DNA from: Actinomycetota bacterium
Lineage (GTDB): Bacteria > Actinomycetota > Thermoleophilia > Gaiellales > Gaiellaceae
Assembly (NCBI GenBank): GCA_046726435.1
Contig: JBKPAM010000008.1
Location: 2,668-66,667, forward strand
Reading direction: 5' to 3'
DNA length: 64,000 nucleotides
Each line of letters starts with the position of its first letter. The first letter of the stretch is position 1. The notes under the pieces are model-generated. The model searched no databases. It was not told the origin of the DNA and worked only from the letters and a program-made list of their open reading frames with translations. Below, one piece after another: positions 8,249 through 17,421 of the stretch. A program made the translations under genes and the position numbers.

Positions 8249-8500
8249 AGCGCCTCCTCAAGCTTGAAGCCTTCTCGCGGGTGACTCCCGCGCACCCGCT
8301 GTCTCGGTCGCAGGTGAGGCGCTTGCCTCGAGACAACTCGAGCCTACGCCTCGTTCGTGCTGGTTTCAAGGACGAAGCTCGCACTAGCGCCCTCCGCCCG
8401 CCGAGCCGATCTCCCCGTCTTGGCCCCGGCAACCCATCTCTTCCGTGCTACGAGCAGACGCACTTGAAAGGTCCGCTAGGACCCTCGTCGACGCAAGCCG

Positions 8501-8559
8501 TCTCGACTCGGGAAGCCGTCTCGGCCCCGAGGGAGGAGGAGCGTCGACCTCGCAGGGCC
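8501..8559 (+). repeat. Copy 3 (degenerate) of the ~60-nt promoter/5'-end module
   Basis: -10 box mutated to TCGACT and start position GCG rather than GTG; followed by STSQGRSYGIFRRALEHGNLLVAE.. fragment. Confidence 0.65.
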
Positions 8560-8701
8560 GCTCGTACGGGATCTTCCGCCGAGCCCTCGAGCACGGGAAC
8601 CTGCTCGTCGCCGAGACGACCGCGAAGGAGCTACCCCGCTCAACCTCACTCACGCGCTCGTCGAGGAGCCGCAGACCCAGGCCGCCTGAGGGCGAGTCGC
8701 G

Positions 8702-9439
8702 CTAGGCGGACCCTTCGTCGTCCGGAGGTTTCTCTTCTGACCCTGCGCGAAGAACGTGCATCACGTTGGAGGTGTAAGAGCTCGTACCCTCACCGGCATC
8801 CGGCCATAGCACTTCGGACGACTCGCTCGCGTCGATGATCGGAGCCGCGTCGACCTCGAGCAGCGAGAGTTCGATCCCCTTCGACGGCCACTCGATCGCA
8901 AACGTAAGGGTTCCTGGCGGCGGCAGCGGCCAGAGCCAGTACTCCTGGTTCCACTCGCCATCGCCTCCGTCGCCGCTCGAGGGAGAGAGGATCGGGCCGG
9001 GGGGCTCCATCTGCTCGCCCGCGGCGGCCCCGACGCCCCACGGGACGGATGCGCCGAGCGTTGTCGCCTTCCTGCCGTCCGCGAACTGAACTCCGAAACG
9101 GAGAAGCTCAGGTGGAAGCTCGCCGCCGAGCGGCTGCGGCATTGCCCCGGGGCCGAACGGCATTCCCAACATCGCCTCGTCGAAGCCTTCCTCACCCGGC
9201 CTGCTCCGCCAGCGAAGGGCCAACCTCAGCGAGACTCCTCTCGTGTAGGCGGTCACGCCCACGACCGCCACGGCGGCCTGATCGGTCCGCGCGAGCACGA
9301 CTCGGAGAGGCACCACCACGCCGAGCTCGTTGCGGGGTGCCTGCAACCAGGGCGACGGCTGAGGGATCTCGAACGGTGGCGCGGGCTGCTCGGGAGGAGG
9401 CGGTGGCTCGAAGAAGCTCATATGCGGAGTCTGGCGCAT
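8702..9439 (-). CDS. hypothetical protein (Pro-rich N-terminus MSFFEPPPPPEQP..)
   Basis: Track ORF with non-random composition; true start may be ATG 9421. Confidence 0.6.
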   Translation of the reverse strand: MRQTPHMSFFEPPPPPEQPAPPFEIPQPSPWLQAPRNELGVVVPLRVVLARTDQAAVAVVGVTAYTRGVSLRLALRWRSRPGEEGFDEAMLGMPFGPGAMPQPLGGELPPELLRFGVQFADGRKATTLGASVPWGVGAAAGEQMEPPGPILSPSSGDGGDGEWNQEYWLWPLPPPGTLTFAIEWPSKGIELSLLEVDAAPIIDASESSEVLWPDAGEGTSSYTSNVMHVLRAGSEEKPPDDEGSA

Positions 9440-9549
9440 CGTGCCTCGCGCGGCACTGGCCGGCGATGGTCACCGGGACGCGGCCCTGACCCTTCGGGCC
9501 ATGGCCGCAAAGCCACTAGTCGCATGTGGACTCGCGGCGTAGCCTGAGC

Positions 9550-9597
9550 GCGGGCCGGGTCGTGGGATAACGGCAGAGGGCGTTCATTTCGCCGCCC
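9550..9597 (+). promoter_or_regulatory. conserved ~45-nt upstream element, copy 1 (gcgggccgggtcgtgggataacggca..cgccgccc)
   Basis: Aligns with 9949-9991; both precede small membrane-protein genes. Confidence 0.5.
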
Positions 9598-9639
9598 GGT
9601 CCCTCATGGGTTCCCGCACACCGCAGTAGAATCGGGAGT

Positions 9640-9864
9640 ATGGCGCCAAAGCGCCGTCACGCGTGGCTGGGCTTCGCGCTCTTCGCGGTCCTCGGAATCC
9701 TCGGTCTGTTCGTGCTGGATGGCACCGCTGCAGGAGTCACGTCGTTAGCGGCGATACTCGTCTTTATCGGAGCGTGCATCTATGCGCTGCGTGGGCAGGA
9801 TGCTGACGTGGCCGCAGCCAGTCAACGGTCGGGCTTGCGCGGATGGCTCGGCGGGTGGTTCTGA
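9640..9864 (+). CDS. small membrane protein (74 aa, 2 TM)
   Basis: TAGAAT 7 nt upstream of the ATG; hydrophobic segments. Confidence 0.6.
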   Translation: MAPKRRHAWLGFALFAVLGILGLFVLDGTAAGVTSLAAILVFIGACIYALRGQDADVAAASQRSGLRGWLGGWF

Positions 9865-9948
9865 ACGACCCGCGAAGCGCGGCGCCTTCCGCGCCTCGCT
9901 GAGCCTCACACTTAGTCGCGGCAGACGAATGGCTAAGTGCCCCGCATC

Positions 9949-9991
9949 GCGGGCCGGTCGTGGGATAGCGGCAAGGCGCGTCACGCCGCCC
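9949..9991 (+). promoter_or_regulatory. conserved ~45-nt upstream element, copy 2
   Basis: gcgggccggtcgtgggatagcggcaaggcgcgtcacgccgccc; see 9550-9597. Confidence 0.5.
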
Positions 9992-10014
9992 ACTCCCGGA
10001 TAGGCTCGTGAGGG

Positions 10015-10407
10015 ATGAACCTCCTCAGATGGTCGCTCGTCGGAATCGGCGCGTTCTTGTTCCTGTATGCCGCCCTTGTCCTCGCTCTCGTGATCGCCGG
10101 CAGACGCGAGAACGCCCGCGCGCTCGCCGGCTTCATCCCCGACTGCATCGGCCTCTGTGGACGGCTGCTCGGGGACCCGCGCGTGCCTCGTCGAAAGAAG
10201 GCGCTGCTGGTCGCGCTCGCGGGCTACCTCGCGCTCCCGTTCGATCTCGTGCCGGACTTCATCCCGGTCGCCGGTCAGCTCGACGACGTCGTGATCGTCG
10301 CGCTCGTCCTCCGCAGCCTCCTACGCGGAGGCGAGGAGTCGCTCGTCCGCGAACATTGGCCCGGTCCCGACAGGTCGCTCTCGCTCGTCCTTCGCGTCGC
10401 GACCTAA
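10015..10407 (+). CDS. DUF1232 (YkvA-like) membrane protein
   Basis: LPFDLVPDFIPVAGQLDDVVIVALVL signature; TAGGCT 8 nt upstream. Confidence 0.85.
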   Translation: MNLLRWSLVGIGAFLFLYAALVLALVIAGRRENARALAGFIPDCIGLCGRLLGDPRVPRRKKALLVALAGYLALPFDLVPDFIPVAGQLDDVVIVALVLRSLLRGGEESLVREHWPGPDRSLSLVLRVAT

Positions 10408-10787
10408 GTCGACCGGCCATGAATGCAAGGCGGTCTTACGGCGACCTCGACAGCGTGCCGCGAGCCCTGCTTCGGTTCCTACACTTTGTTCTGGCGTCCG
10501 GGGCGTTTGACGGCAAGACCCGGGACTTCCGCCAGCGACCTCTCCCCCTTGAGGTCCGCCTCGGCGCCTCTCGTGCCTCAGTCGCGACCGAACTCGCGCT
10601 CGGCGCAGGCCGGCTACGTGCTCGAGCAACCGGCCGAGGCGGACGGGCTGCGGCTGAGCCGCGTTGCCACGGCTGTAGAAATTCTGAGGTAGGCACCCAG
10701 GTAGGCACAGCACGTGCATTCCCGGCTTCCCTGGCACACCTGATCCGCGTAACCATGCGGTTTTGGCCTAGCCAAGAGCAGTAGAAA

Positions 10788-10859
10788 GGCGCATACGGGA
10801 TTCGAACCCGTGCCGCCGCCGTGAGAGGGCGGTGTCCTAGGCCACTAGACGAATGCGCC
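10788..10859 (-). tRNA. tRNA-Glu (anticodon CTC)
   Basis: Manual cloverleaf: GGCGCAT acceptor, anticodon stem CCGCC/GGCGG with loop CTCTCAC, T-arm ACGGG-TTCGAAT-CCCGT; CCA not encoded. Confidence 0.9.
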
Positions 10860-10901
10860 CGGCGGACGCTTAGTGTAGCGGCGCCGGGGCACAACCGAGC
10901 C

Positions 10902-11135
10902 ATGCTGGGATGGTGGCGGAAGCGCTCGGAAAAGCATCGTGCGAACAAGCAGCAGGGCGACCCGCACTCGCTCGACGTCGAAGGCGACCCGCGCGGAGGA
11001 GTACAGGATGAGGCCTACCGCAGCGCGGAGCCGACCGAGCTCGTGGAGGCAGACGGCGTGGTGATGAGCGGCCCCGGCGGCGCGCCACACGAGGGCGAGT
11101 CGCCGGACGAGCGCCGCAGGCGAGACCGCACCTAG
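10902..11135 (+). CDS. hypothetical small charged protein (77 aa)
   Basis: In-frame ATG within track ORF 10821..11135, between the two tRNA genes; weak. Confidence 0.25.
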   Translation: MLGWWRKRSEKHRANKQQGDPHSLDVEGDPRGGVQDEAYRSAEPTELVEADGVVMSGPGGAPHEGESPDERRRRDRT

Positions 11136-11301
11136 GGGCAGTTCGCAATGCCGCCGGAGCCCGGCTTCGCCGGCGGGAGGCTGACGATCGCCGAGACTGC
11201 AAAGCTCTGCGTCGAATGGCCGGCATGTGAGCGCCTGAAGCTCGAAAACCGTGTAAGGAGGGGGCTCGTGGGGGAACCAGGGGGCTCCCCCGCGCTACCA
11301 C

Positions 11302-11371
11302 TGCGGGGCTAGGATTCGAACCTAGACTACTCGGTCCAGAGCCGAGCGTCCTACCATTAGACGACCCCGCA
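11302..11371 (-). tRNA. tRNA-Gln (anticodon CTG)
   Basis: Manual cloverleaf: U1-A72 acceptor TGCGGGG/CCCCGCA, anticodon loop CTCTGGA, T-arm CTAGG-TTCGAAT-CCTAG. Confidence 0.9.
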
Positions 11372-11425
11372 ACGTGCCATTGCGGCGAGGGAAGTGTAGC
11401 CCGCTCGGGGCACGGAGGCACTGAC

Positions 11426-13231
11426 TCAGGCCACGTCCGCGGCCCAGTCTCCGTACAGCGACGTGTAGAGGCCGCGTTCGCGCAGGAGCTCATCGTGGTT
11501 GCCTTGCTCGACCACTCGGCCGTGCTCGAGGACGACGATCAGGTCGGCGTCGCGGATCGTCGAGAGCCGGTGCGCGATCACGAATGCGGTCCGTCCTGCG
11601 AGGAGCCGGCGCAGAGCCTGTTCGATCTTGCGCTCGGTGCCGATGTCGACCGACGAGGTCGCCTCGTCGAGGATCAGGAGCCGTGGATCGGCCAGCAACG
11701 CGCGGGCGAGCGCCACCAGCTGGCGCTGGCCCAGCGAGAGGCGGCTACCGCGCTCCTGCAGCTGGGTCTCGTAGCCGTCCTCGAGGCGCAGGATGAAGTC
11801 GTGCGCGCCGATGGTTTTCGCCGCGCGGACGACCTCGTCGGAACTTGCGTCAGGCCGCCCGAAGGCGATGTTCTCGGTGACGGTCCCTGCGAAGAGAAAG
11901 CCTTCCTGCGGAACGATCCCGAGTTGTCGTCGCAGCGAGGCCTGGGTCACGTCTCGCAGATCGTGTCCGTCGATCGTGATCCGCCCCTCTCGCGGGTCGT
12001 AGAAGCGCGCGAGCAGCTTCGCGATCGTCGACTTGCCGGCACCGGTGTGGCCCACGAGGGCGACCGTCGTCCCGGGCGGCACGTCGAGCTCGAGCCCGTG
12101 CAGTACCTCGGGGCCGTCGCCATAGCCGAAGCGGACGCCTTCGAACGCAACCCGTCCGTCGACGGACGGGAGGGAAATCGCGCCGGGCCGGTCGACGACC
12201 TCGGGCTCCTGGTCGAGGACGTCGACGATCTTGTCCAGCGCGGCCGTCGCGGAGAGAAAGGTGCCGTAGAGCTGGGAAAGCTGCTGCACCGGGTCGAAGA
12301 AGTTCTGGACGTAGAGCATGAAGGCGAACAGCGTTCCGAGTGTGACGTCGCCCTGGAAGTAGAGGTGGCCGCCGTAGCCGAGCACCACCGCGAGCGCGAC
12401 CGACGAGAGCAGGTCGACGAAGGGGAAGTAGAGGCCGTTCAGCACGACCGTCTGCATGTTCGACTCGCGGTAGCGCTCGCTCACCTCGCGGAAGTTGCGA
12501 ACGTTCGTCCGCTCGCGGGTGAAGGCCTGGACGATCCGCATTCCGGCGATGTCCTCCGCCAGCGTGGCGGTTACGAGCCCGAGGCGCTCCCGCACCGCGG
12601 CGTAGGCGCGCGCCGAGCGCGTTCGGAAGATGAACGTGGCGACGCTCATGAACGGGATCACGCCCAGCGTCGCCAGTGCGAGGCGCCAGTCGAGGATGAA
12701 GAGCAGGATCGCCGTGCCAAGGAGCGTGAGCGTGTTCTGGACGAGGCTCGTGACCCCGTCCGTGACCAGCTGGTCGATGGCTTCGACGTCGTTGGTGAGC
12801 CGGCTGATGATCACACCGGCGCGGTTCCGCTCGTAGAAGCCGAGCGAAAGGCGCTGGAGGTGGTCGAAGAGTCGGTTGCGCAGGTCGGCCAGGATCCGCT
12901 CGCCGACCCAGCCGGTGAGGTAGGTCTGGGCGTAGCTCGTGCCCCAGTTGAGGAGGCCGGCGACGAGGAACGCGCCGACGATCCACCAGAGCTTCGTCAG
13001 GTCGTTCTCGCCGATTGCGTAGTCGAGGGCGTACTTGCCCAGGAACGGCGGCGCGAGCGCCGTGGCCGTCGCGAGGAGCATCGCGACGACCGAGAGCACG
13101 GTGCGTGTCTTGTACGGTCGGGTGAGGCGGACGAGCGTCCCGAGCCGGCGACGCGTTCGCCGCCAGGACCAGTCCTCGACGTGCGCCCCCCGCTCACGCA
13201 TCAGGTGCCCGCCGGGCTGCCAGACCCTCAT
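11426..13231 (-). CDS. ABC transporter ATP-binding/permease fusion (exporter half-transporter)
   Basis: Six-TM domain followed by GHTGAGKST, LSLGQRQ and ILDEATS; start uncertain (13267, 13231 or 13201). Confidence 0.9.
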   Translation of the reverse strand: MRVWQPGGHLMRERGAHVEDWSWRRTRRRLGTLVRLTRPYKTRTVLSVVAMLLATATALAPPFLGKYALDYAIGENDLTKLWWIVGAFLVAGLLNWGTSYAQTYLTGWVGERILADLRNRLFDHLQRLSLGFYERNRAGVIISRLTNDVEAIDQLVTDGVTSLVQNTLTLLGTAILLFILDWRLALATLGVIPFMSVATFIFRTRSARAYAAVRERLGLVTATLAEDIAGMRIVQAFTRERTNVRNFREVSERYRESNMQTVVLNGLYFPFVDLLSSVALAVVLGYGGHLYFQGDVTLGTLFAFMLYVQNFFDPVQQLSQLYGTFLSATAALDKIVDVLDQEPEVVDRPGAISLPSVDGRVAFEGVRFGYGDGPEVLHGLELDVPPGTTVALVGHTGAGKSTIAKLLARFYDPREGRITIDGHDLRDVTQASLRRQLGIVPQEGFLFAGTVTENIAFGRPDASSDEVVRAAKTIGAHDFILRLEDGYETQLQERGSRLSLGQRQLVALARALLADPRLLILDEATSSVDIGTERKIEQALRRLLAGRTAFVIAHRLSTIRDADLIVVLEHGRVVEQGNHDELLRERGLYTSLYGDWAADVA

Positions 13232-13324
13232 GAGCGCACGCCTACCGACCGGCGCGCCGTGGGCCAAACCCCCGCACCCCCACCCAACATGAGGGTGGGG
13301 ATGAACCCGCCGCCCACGGCGACG

Positions 13325-13355
13325 ACGATACCCGTGGTCGACGCACGTGTCTGCG
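13325..13355 (-). promoter_or_regulatory. promoter candidate: CGCAGACACG-N15-TATCGT
   Basis: Same motif and spacing as at 17422, 23131 and 60888. Confidence 0.5.
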
Positions 13356-13451
13356 ACCGAATTGGGCCGACAGCGTGGGGCGCACTCCAGCCGGGCACGC
13401 CGTTCCCGGGTACCACGGAGTCTCCACGGCTATCCCGTGCGGAGGCCCGGC

Positions 13452-15254
13452 TCACGACGCGGCCTCCAGGGCTTCCTCGTCAGCCCGCGCCTCGACCGCG
13501 TCGGCGAAGCGGCGCTCCAGCAGCCCGTGCTCGTAGATGTCGCCGTAGACCGGGCTCGTCTCCAGTAGCTCGTCATGTGTTCCGCGAGCCACGATCCGGC
13601 CCCTGTCGAGCACGACGATCTCGTCGGCGAGCGCGATCGTCGACAGGCGATGGGCGATGATCAGCGTCGTTCGATCCTTCATCGCGCCCCGCAGCCCGGC
13701 GCGGATCCGCGCCTCGGTCGTGGCGTCGACGGAAGCCGTCGCGTCGTCGAGGATCAGGATCCGCGGGTCGACCGCGAGCGCCCGCGCGATGGCGAGCCTC
13801 TGGCGCTGCCCGCCCGACAGGGTGATCCCACGCTCGCCGATGACCGTGTCGTAACCGTCGGGCAGCTCGGCCACGAACTCGTGCGCCTGCGCGACCCGCG
13901 CGATCCGCTCGACCTCGGCGTCGTCGAGGTCGGGCGCGCCGAAGGTGATGTTCTCGCGGACGGTCGTCGAGAACAGGAACGGATCCTGCGAGATCACGCC
14001 GATCGCCGCGCGCAGCGACGCAAGCGTGATGTCGCGCACGTCGACGCCGTCGATCATGACCCTCCCGGCCGTCACGTCGTAGAACCTCGGCACGAGGGAC
14101 GTCAAGGTCGTCTTGCCGGAGCCGGTGTGGCCGATCAAGGCGATCGTCCGGCCGGCCGGCACGTCGAGGCTTACGCCGTCGAGCACCGGATGACCCTCGA
14201 GGTACTCGAAACGGACGTCCTCGAAGCGAAGGTCGCCGCCGCCGGGCGGCAGCTGGAGGGCGCCCCGCCGCTCTGCGATCTCCTCGGGCTCGTCCATGAC
14301 CTGGAAGATCCGCTCGCCCGAAGCGGTCGCCCGCTGTGCCTGGCCGATCCACATTCCGAGCGAGCGCAACGGCATCACGAGCATGCCGAGGTAGAGGTTG
14401 AAGGCTACGAAGCTCCCGACCGAGAGCTCGCCATTCGTGACCATGCGTGCGCCGACGAGCAGGACCGCGGCCTGAGCGAGCAGCGGCAGCCACGAGATCA
14501 AGGGCACGTACAGGGCGCGCTGCCGGTTGGCCTTCAGCGTTTGCCGGAACACGTCCTCCGAGCGGGCGTGGAACTTGGCCGACTCCTGCGGCTCCTGGGC
14601 GAACGACTTCACGACGTGGACGCCGACGATGTTCTCCTCGGCGACGGTCGCCACGTCGGCGAGCTTCTGCTGGACCTCCCGCAGGGTCGGATGCGCGACG
14701 CGGCTGTACCTGTAGGCGAGCACGACGAGGACCGGCGTGATCGCCAGGGCGATCAGCGCGAGCTTCCACTGGAAGACGAGGAGCACGATGGTCACGGAGA
14801 CGACCGTGAGCACGTTCTGGAAGAAGAAGATCAATCCGTAGCCGAGAAAGAACCGGACGCCCTGGAGGTCGACCGTCGCTCGTGACATCAGCTGGCCCGT
14901 CTGGTGACGGTCGTAGAAGCCGAACGAGAGGCGCACAAGATGGCCGTAGAGGCGCTGCCGCATGTCCAACTCGACGGACAGCGCCTGTCGCCCCGAGATG
15001 AGGCGTCGAGCCGCCATCAGGATCGCTCGCGCGAGCCCGAGTGCCACGACCGCGCCGACGAAGACCCACAGCTTCTGGCTGTCGTGTGGGCGCAGGGCTT
15101 CGTCGATCACGTGCTTCGTGATCCAGATCAACGCGATCTGAGCAACCTGCGACCCGACCGCGAGGACGATCGAGACGATCAGCGACAGCTTGTACGGGCG
15201 GAGGAAGCCGAGCAGGCGTGCGAACGTGTCTCGATACGGTGGCGTCTCCTGCAC
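13452..15254 (-). CDS. ABC transporter ATP-binding/permease fusion (partner half-transporter)
   Basis: GHTGSGKTT, LSGGQRQ, ILDDATS; GTG start with TAGGTT 6 nt upstream. Confidence 0.9.
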   Translation of the reverse strand: MQETPPYRDTFARLLGFLRPYKLSLIVSIVLAVGSQVAQIALIWITKHVIDEALRPHDSQKLWVFVGAVVALGLARAILMAARRLISGRQALSVELDMRQRLYGHLVRLSFGFYDRHQTGQLMSRATVDLQGVRFFLGYGLIFFFQNVLTVVSVTIVLLVFQWKLALIALAITPVLVVLAYRYSRVAHPTLREVQQKLADVATVAEENIVGVHVVKSFAQEPQESAKFHARSEDVFRQTLKANRQRALYVPLISWLPLLAQAAVLLVGARMVTNGELSVGSFVAFNLYLGMLVMPLRSLGMWIGQAQRATASGERIFQVMDEPEEIAERRGALQLPPGGGDLRFEDVRFEYLEGHPVLDGVSLDVPAGRTIALIGHTGSGKTTLTSLVPRFYDVTAGRVMIDGVDVRDITLASLRAAIGVISQDPFLFSTTVRENITFGAPDLDDAEVERIARVAQAHEFVAELPDGYDTVIGERGITLSGGQRQRLAIARALAVDPRILILDDATASVDATTEARIRAGLRGAMKDRTTLIIAHRLSTIALADEIVVLDRGRIVARGTHDELLETSPVYGDIYEHGLLERRFADAVEARADEEALEAAS

Positions 15255-15263
15255 CCTAGAAAC

Positions 15264-15887
15264 CTAGCGATCCGATATTTCGCGGCCGATGCGCCCCATT
15301 TCCCGGCGGATGAGGCCTGCAGCGGCGGCCACGCGCCTGCGGTTTGCGGGATCGTTGAGCCAGCCGCTCGCGCCGGAAGGGTGCGGAAGCGGGATCGCGA
15401 CCGCGTCGTGCTGCTCGAACCGGCGGCCGACACACTCGGTGACGCTCTTCAGGCCGAGAAGACGGCGGGCGGCCAGGCCCCCGACCGGCACGATCAGCCG
15501 CGGTCGGATCAGCCGCAGCTCGTGCTCCCGCCAGAACGCACACAGCTCCTGCTCCGTCGGGGTCGGGGAGCGGTCGCCGCGCCCGCCCGGTGACCTGCCC
15601 GGGTAGCAGCGCGTGACCGAGGCGCAGTAGAAGGTCGCATAGAACTCATCCTCGTCGAGCTCGAGCCAGCGGCGGAGCGTGCGGCCGGCCCGACCGCGCC
15701 ACGGGCGGCGCTGTTCGCCTTCGACCACGCCCGGCGCCTGGCCGAAGATGTAGGCGCGCTGACCGGTGTACGGCTGCACGACCGACAGCGACTCGAGCGG
15801 GTACCCGGCCTCGACGCACGCCCGGCAGACGCGATTGTCCCGCTGCAGCGAGGCGAGTGAGCGGTAGGTCGACCGCCTGCGCGTCAA
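15264..15887 (-). CDS. uracil-DNA glycosylase superfamily protein
   Basis: GQAPG and HPSG motifs, CxxC near the N-terminus. Confidence 0.8.
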   Translation of the reverse strand: MTRRRSTYRSLASLQRDNRVCRACVEAGYPLESLSVVQPYTGQRAYIFGQAPGVVEGEQRRPWRGRAGRTLRRWLELDEDEFYATFYCASVTRCYPGRSPGGRGDRSPTPTEQELCAFWREHELRLIRPRLIVPVGGLAARRLLGLKSVTECVGRRFEQHDAVAIPLPHPSGASGWLNDPANRRRVAAAAGLIRREMGRIGREISDR

Positions 15888-16471
15888 GCGCGGACGGCGA
15901 CGAACCAGCGGCCCGCGAACAGCGTCTCGGCGCCGCCGAGCTCAGCGGCCAGCTGGTCGGGCGAGAAGTAGCGCTTGTAGACCCCCCAGCGCGAGCCGTC
16001 GTTGAGGATCCGCTCCTGGTGCTCCTCGGGCTCGACCTCTGGCCGGACTGCCGAGTCGACGACGACCAGCTCCCGCGCGAGGCGGCGTGCCTCGCCGAGG
16101 AAGCGCTCGCGGTCCTCGTGGTCGAGATGGCCGTAGAAGTGGCCGGTGAAGACCCGCTCGAACAAGCCGTCCGCGAACGGCAGCGCCAGCGCGTCGCCCT
16201 GGACGAACGTCGCCTGAGGAGACTGGCGGCGGGCCTCCTCGAGCATCGCCGCGCTCTGGTCGAGGCCGACCACCTCCCCGGGCAGGTGTCGCGTGAGAAA
16301 GCCGGTTCCGCAGGCCACGTCGAGCGTGCGTGCGGGCTGCAGCGTCTCGAGCGCGGTCCGAAGCGCCGTAAGCTCGGCGTCCCATCCCGGGCGGTCTCGG
16401 CCCGCGAAGCGACCGACGCCGCGATACCACTCGTCGTACTCCGGGGCGCGACGTTCGTAGTACGCCTTCAT
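15884..16471 (-). CDS. class I SAM-dependent methyltransferase
   Basis: LDVACGTGFLT motif I; start at MKAYYERR (ATG 16471) within track ORF 15884..16729. Confidence 0.85.
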   Translation of the reverse strand: MKAYYERRAPEYDEWYRGVGRFAGRDRPGWDAELTALRTALETLQPARTLDVACGTGFLTRHLPGEVVGLDQSAAMLEEARRQSPQATFVQGDALALPFADGLFERVFTGHFYGHLDHEDRERFLGEARRLARELVVVDSAVRPEVEPEEHQERILNDGSRWGVYKRYFSPDQLAAELGGAETLFAGRWFVAVRA

Positions 16472-16489
16472 CGCTCCTAGACTACGTGC
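16472..16489. promoter_or_regulatory. 18-bp divergent intergenic region with overlapping -10 boxes on both strands
   Basis: TAGACT (16478-16483, +) and TAGTCT (complement of 16479-16484), 6 and 7 nt from GTG 16490 and ATG 16471. Confidence 0.55.
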
Positions 16490-17371
16490 GTGGCGCGACC
16501 GCTCGAGTCGGTGCCGAATTTCTCCGAAGGGCGGGATCAGGCGACGATCGACGCCCTGGCGGCGGCACTCGACTCGCGGGCGCATCTGCTCGATATCCAC
16601 ACGGACAAAGATCACAATCGCTCGGTCTTCACACTGGTCGGGTCGGGTGAGGGACTGGTCGAAGGGCTGTTCGCTGGGATTGCGACCGCGAGCGATCACA
16701 TCGACCTCCGCAGCCACGATGGAGCCCACCCGCGGATCGGGGCCGCAGACGTGGTGCCGCTGGTGCCGCTTGCGCCGGAGGACGCCGGCCGGGCGGGCAA
16801 GGCGGCGTTGCAGCTGGCTCAGCGCGTGGGCGTGGAGCTCGGGCTGCCGGTCTTCCTATACGGCGAGCTGGGACGAGGTCACGGCCCCGCGTTCTTCCGG
16901 AGAGGGGGAACGGCGGAGCTTCAGCGGCGGCTTGACGCCGGAGAGCTGGCACCGGACTTCGGCCCCGCGCGGCTGTCGGAAACCGCCGGAGCGGTGCTCG
17001 TCGGCGTGCGGCGACCGCTGATTGCGTTCAACGTCAACCTGCGCGGCTCCCTGGAGGGGGCGCGCGAGGTCGCCACCGTGGTTCGCGAGGCCGGCGGCGG
17101 GTTTCCGGGCGTGCGCGCGCTCGGCCTGGAGCTGCCGAGCGCCGGGCTTGTACAGGTGAGCATGAACGTGGAGGACTGGGAGGCCGCCGCGCTGCACGAG
17201 ATCGTGGCTCGGGTGGAGCGTGAGGCAACCGCGCGCGGGGCGGAGATCGTGGGCTCGGAGCTCGTAGGGCTGATGCCCGCCGGGGCGGCCGCGGTGGCAG
17301 CCGGGGCAGCGCTGAGGATCGACGGATTCGATGCCTCTCGCGTGCTCGAGCTGCGGCTGCTGGACATGTAG
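16490..17371 (+). CDS. ftcD: glutamate formimidoyltransferase
   Basis: N-terminal ..SVPNFSEGRD.., HLLDIHTDKDHNRSVFTLVG; adjacent to the hut genes. Confidence 0.9.
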   Translation: MARPLESVPNFSEGRDQATIDALAAALDSRAHLLDIHTDKDHNRSVFTLVGSGEGLVEGLFAGIATASDHIDLRSHDGAHPRIGAADVVPLVPLAPEDAGRAGKAALQLAQRVGVELGLPVFLYGELGRGHGPAFFRRGGTAELQRRLDAGELAPDFGPARLSETAGAVLVGVRRPLIAFNVNLRGSLEGAREVATVVREAGGGFPGVRALGLELPSAGLVQVSMNVEDWEAAALHEIVARVEREATARGAEIVGSELVGLMPAGAAAVAAGAALRIDGFDASRVLELRLLDM

Positions 17372-17421
17372 CTGGCCGGCGGCTCCGGGGGCACCACGTG
17401 GCACCTTCGTCACGGTCCGGG

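Noticed and set aside
10745-10764. Hairpin ccgcgtaaccatgcgg followed by tttt, just before tRNA-Glu.
   Set aside because: It looks like a plus-strand terminator, but no convincing plus-strand gene or RNA lies between 10408 and 10745. Left uncalled.
11495-13660. Very long ORFs antisense to, or out of frame with, clear genes. Examples: 11495..13660 +, 13573..15069 -, 32862..35177 -, 42238..44157 -, 51450..53420 -, 62192..63706 -, 7458..8432 -.
   Set aside because: Arg/Ala/Pro/Gly-dominated translations are typical of stop-poor alternative frames in very GC-rich DNA. Each overlaps a gene with recognisable family motifs.
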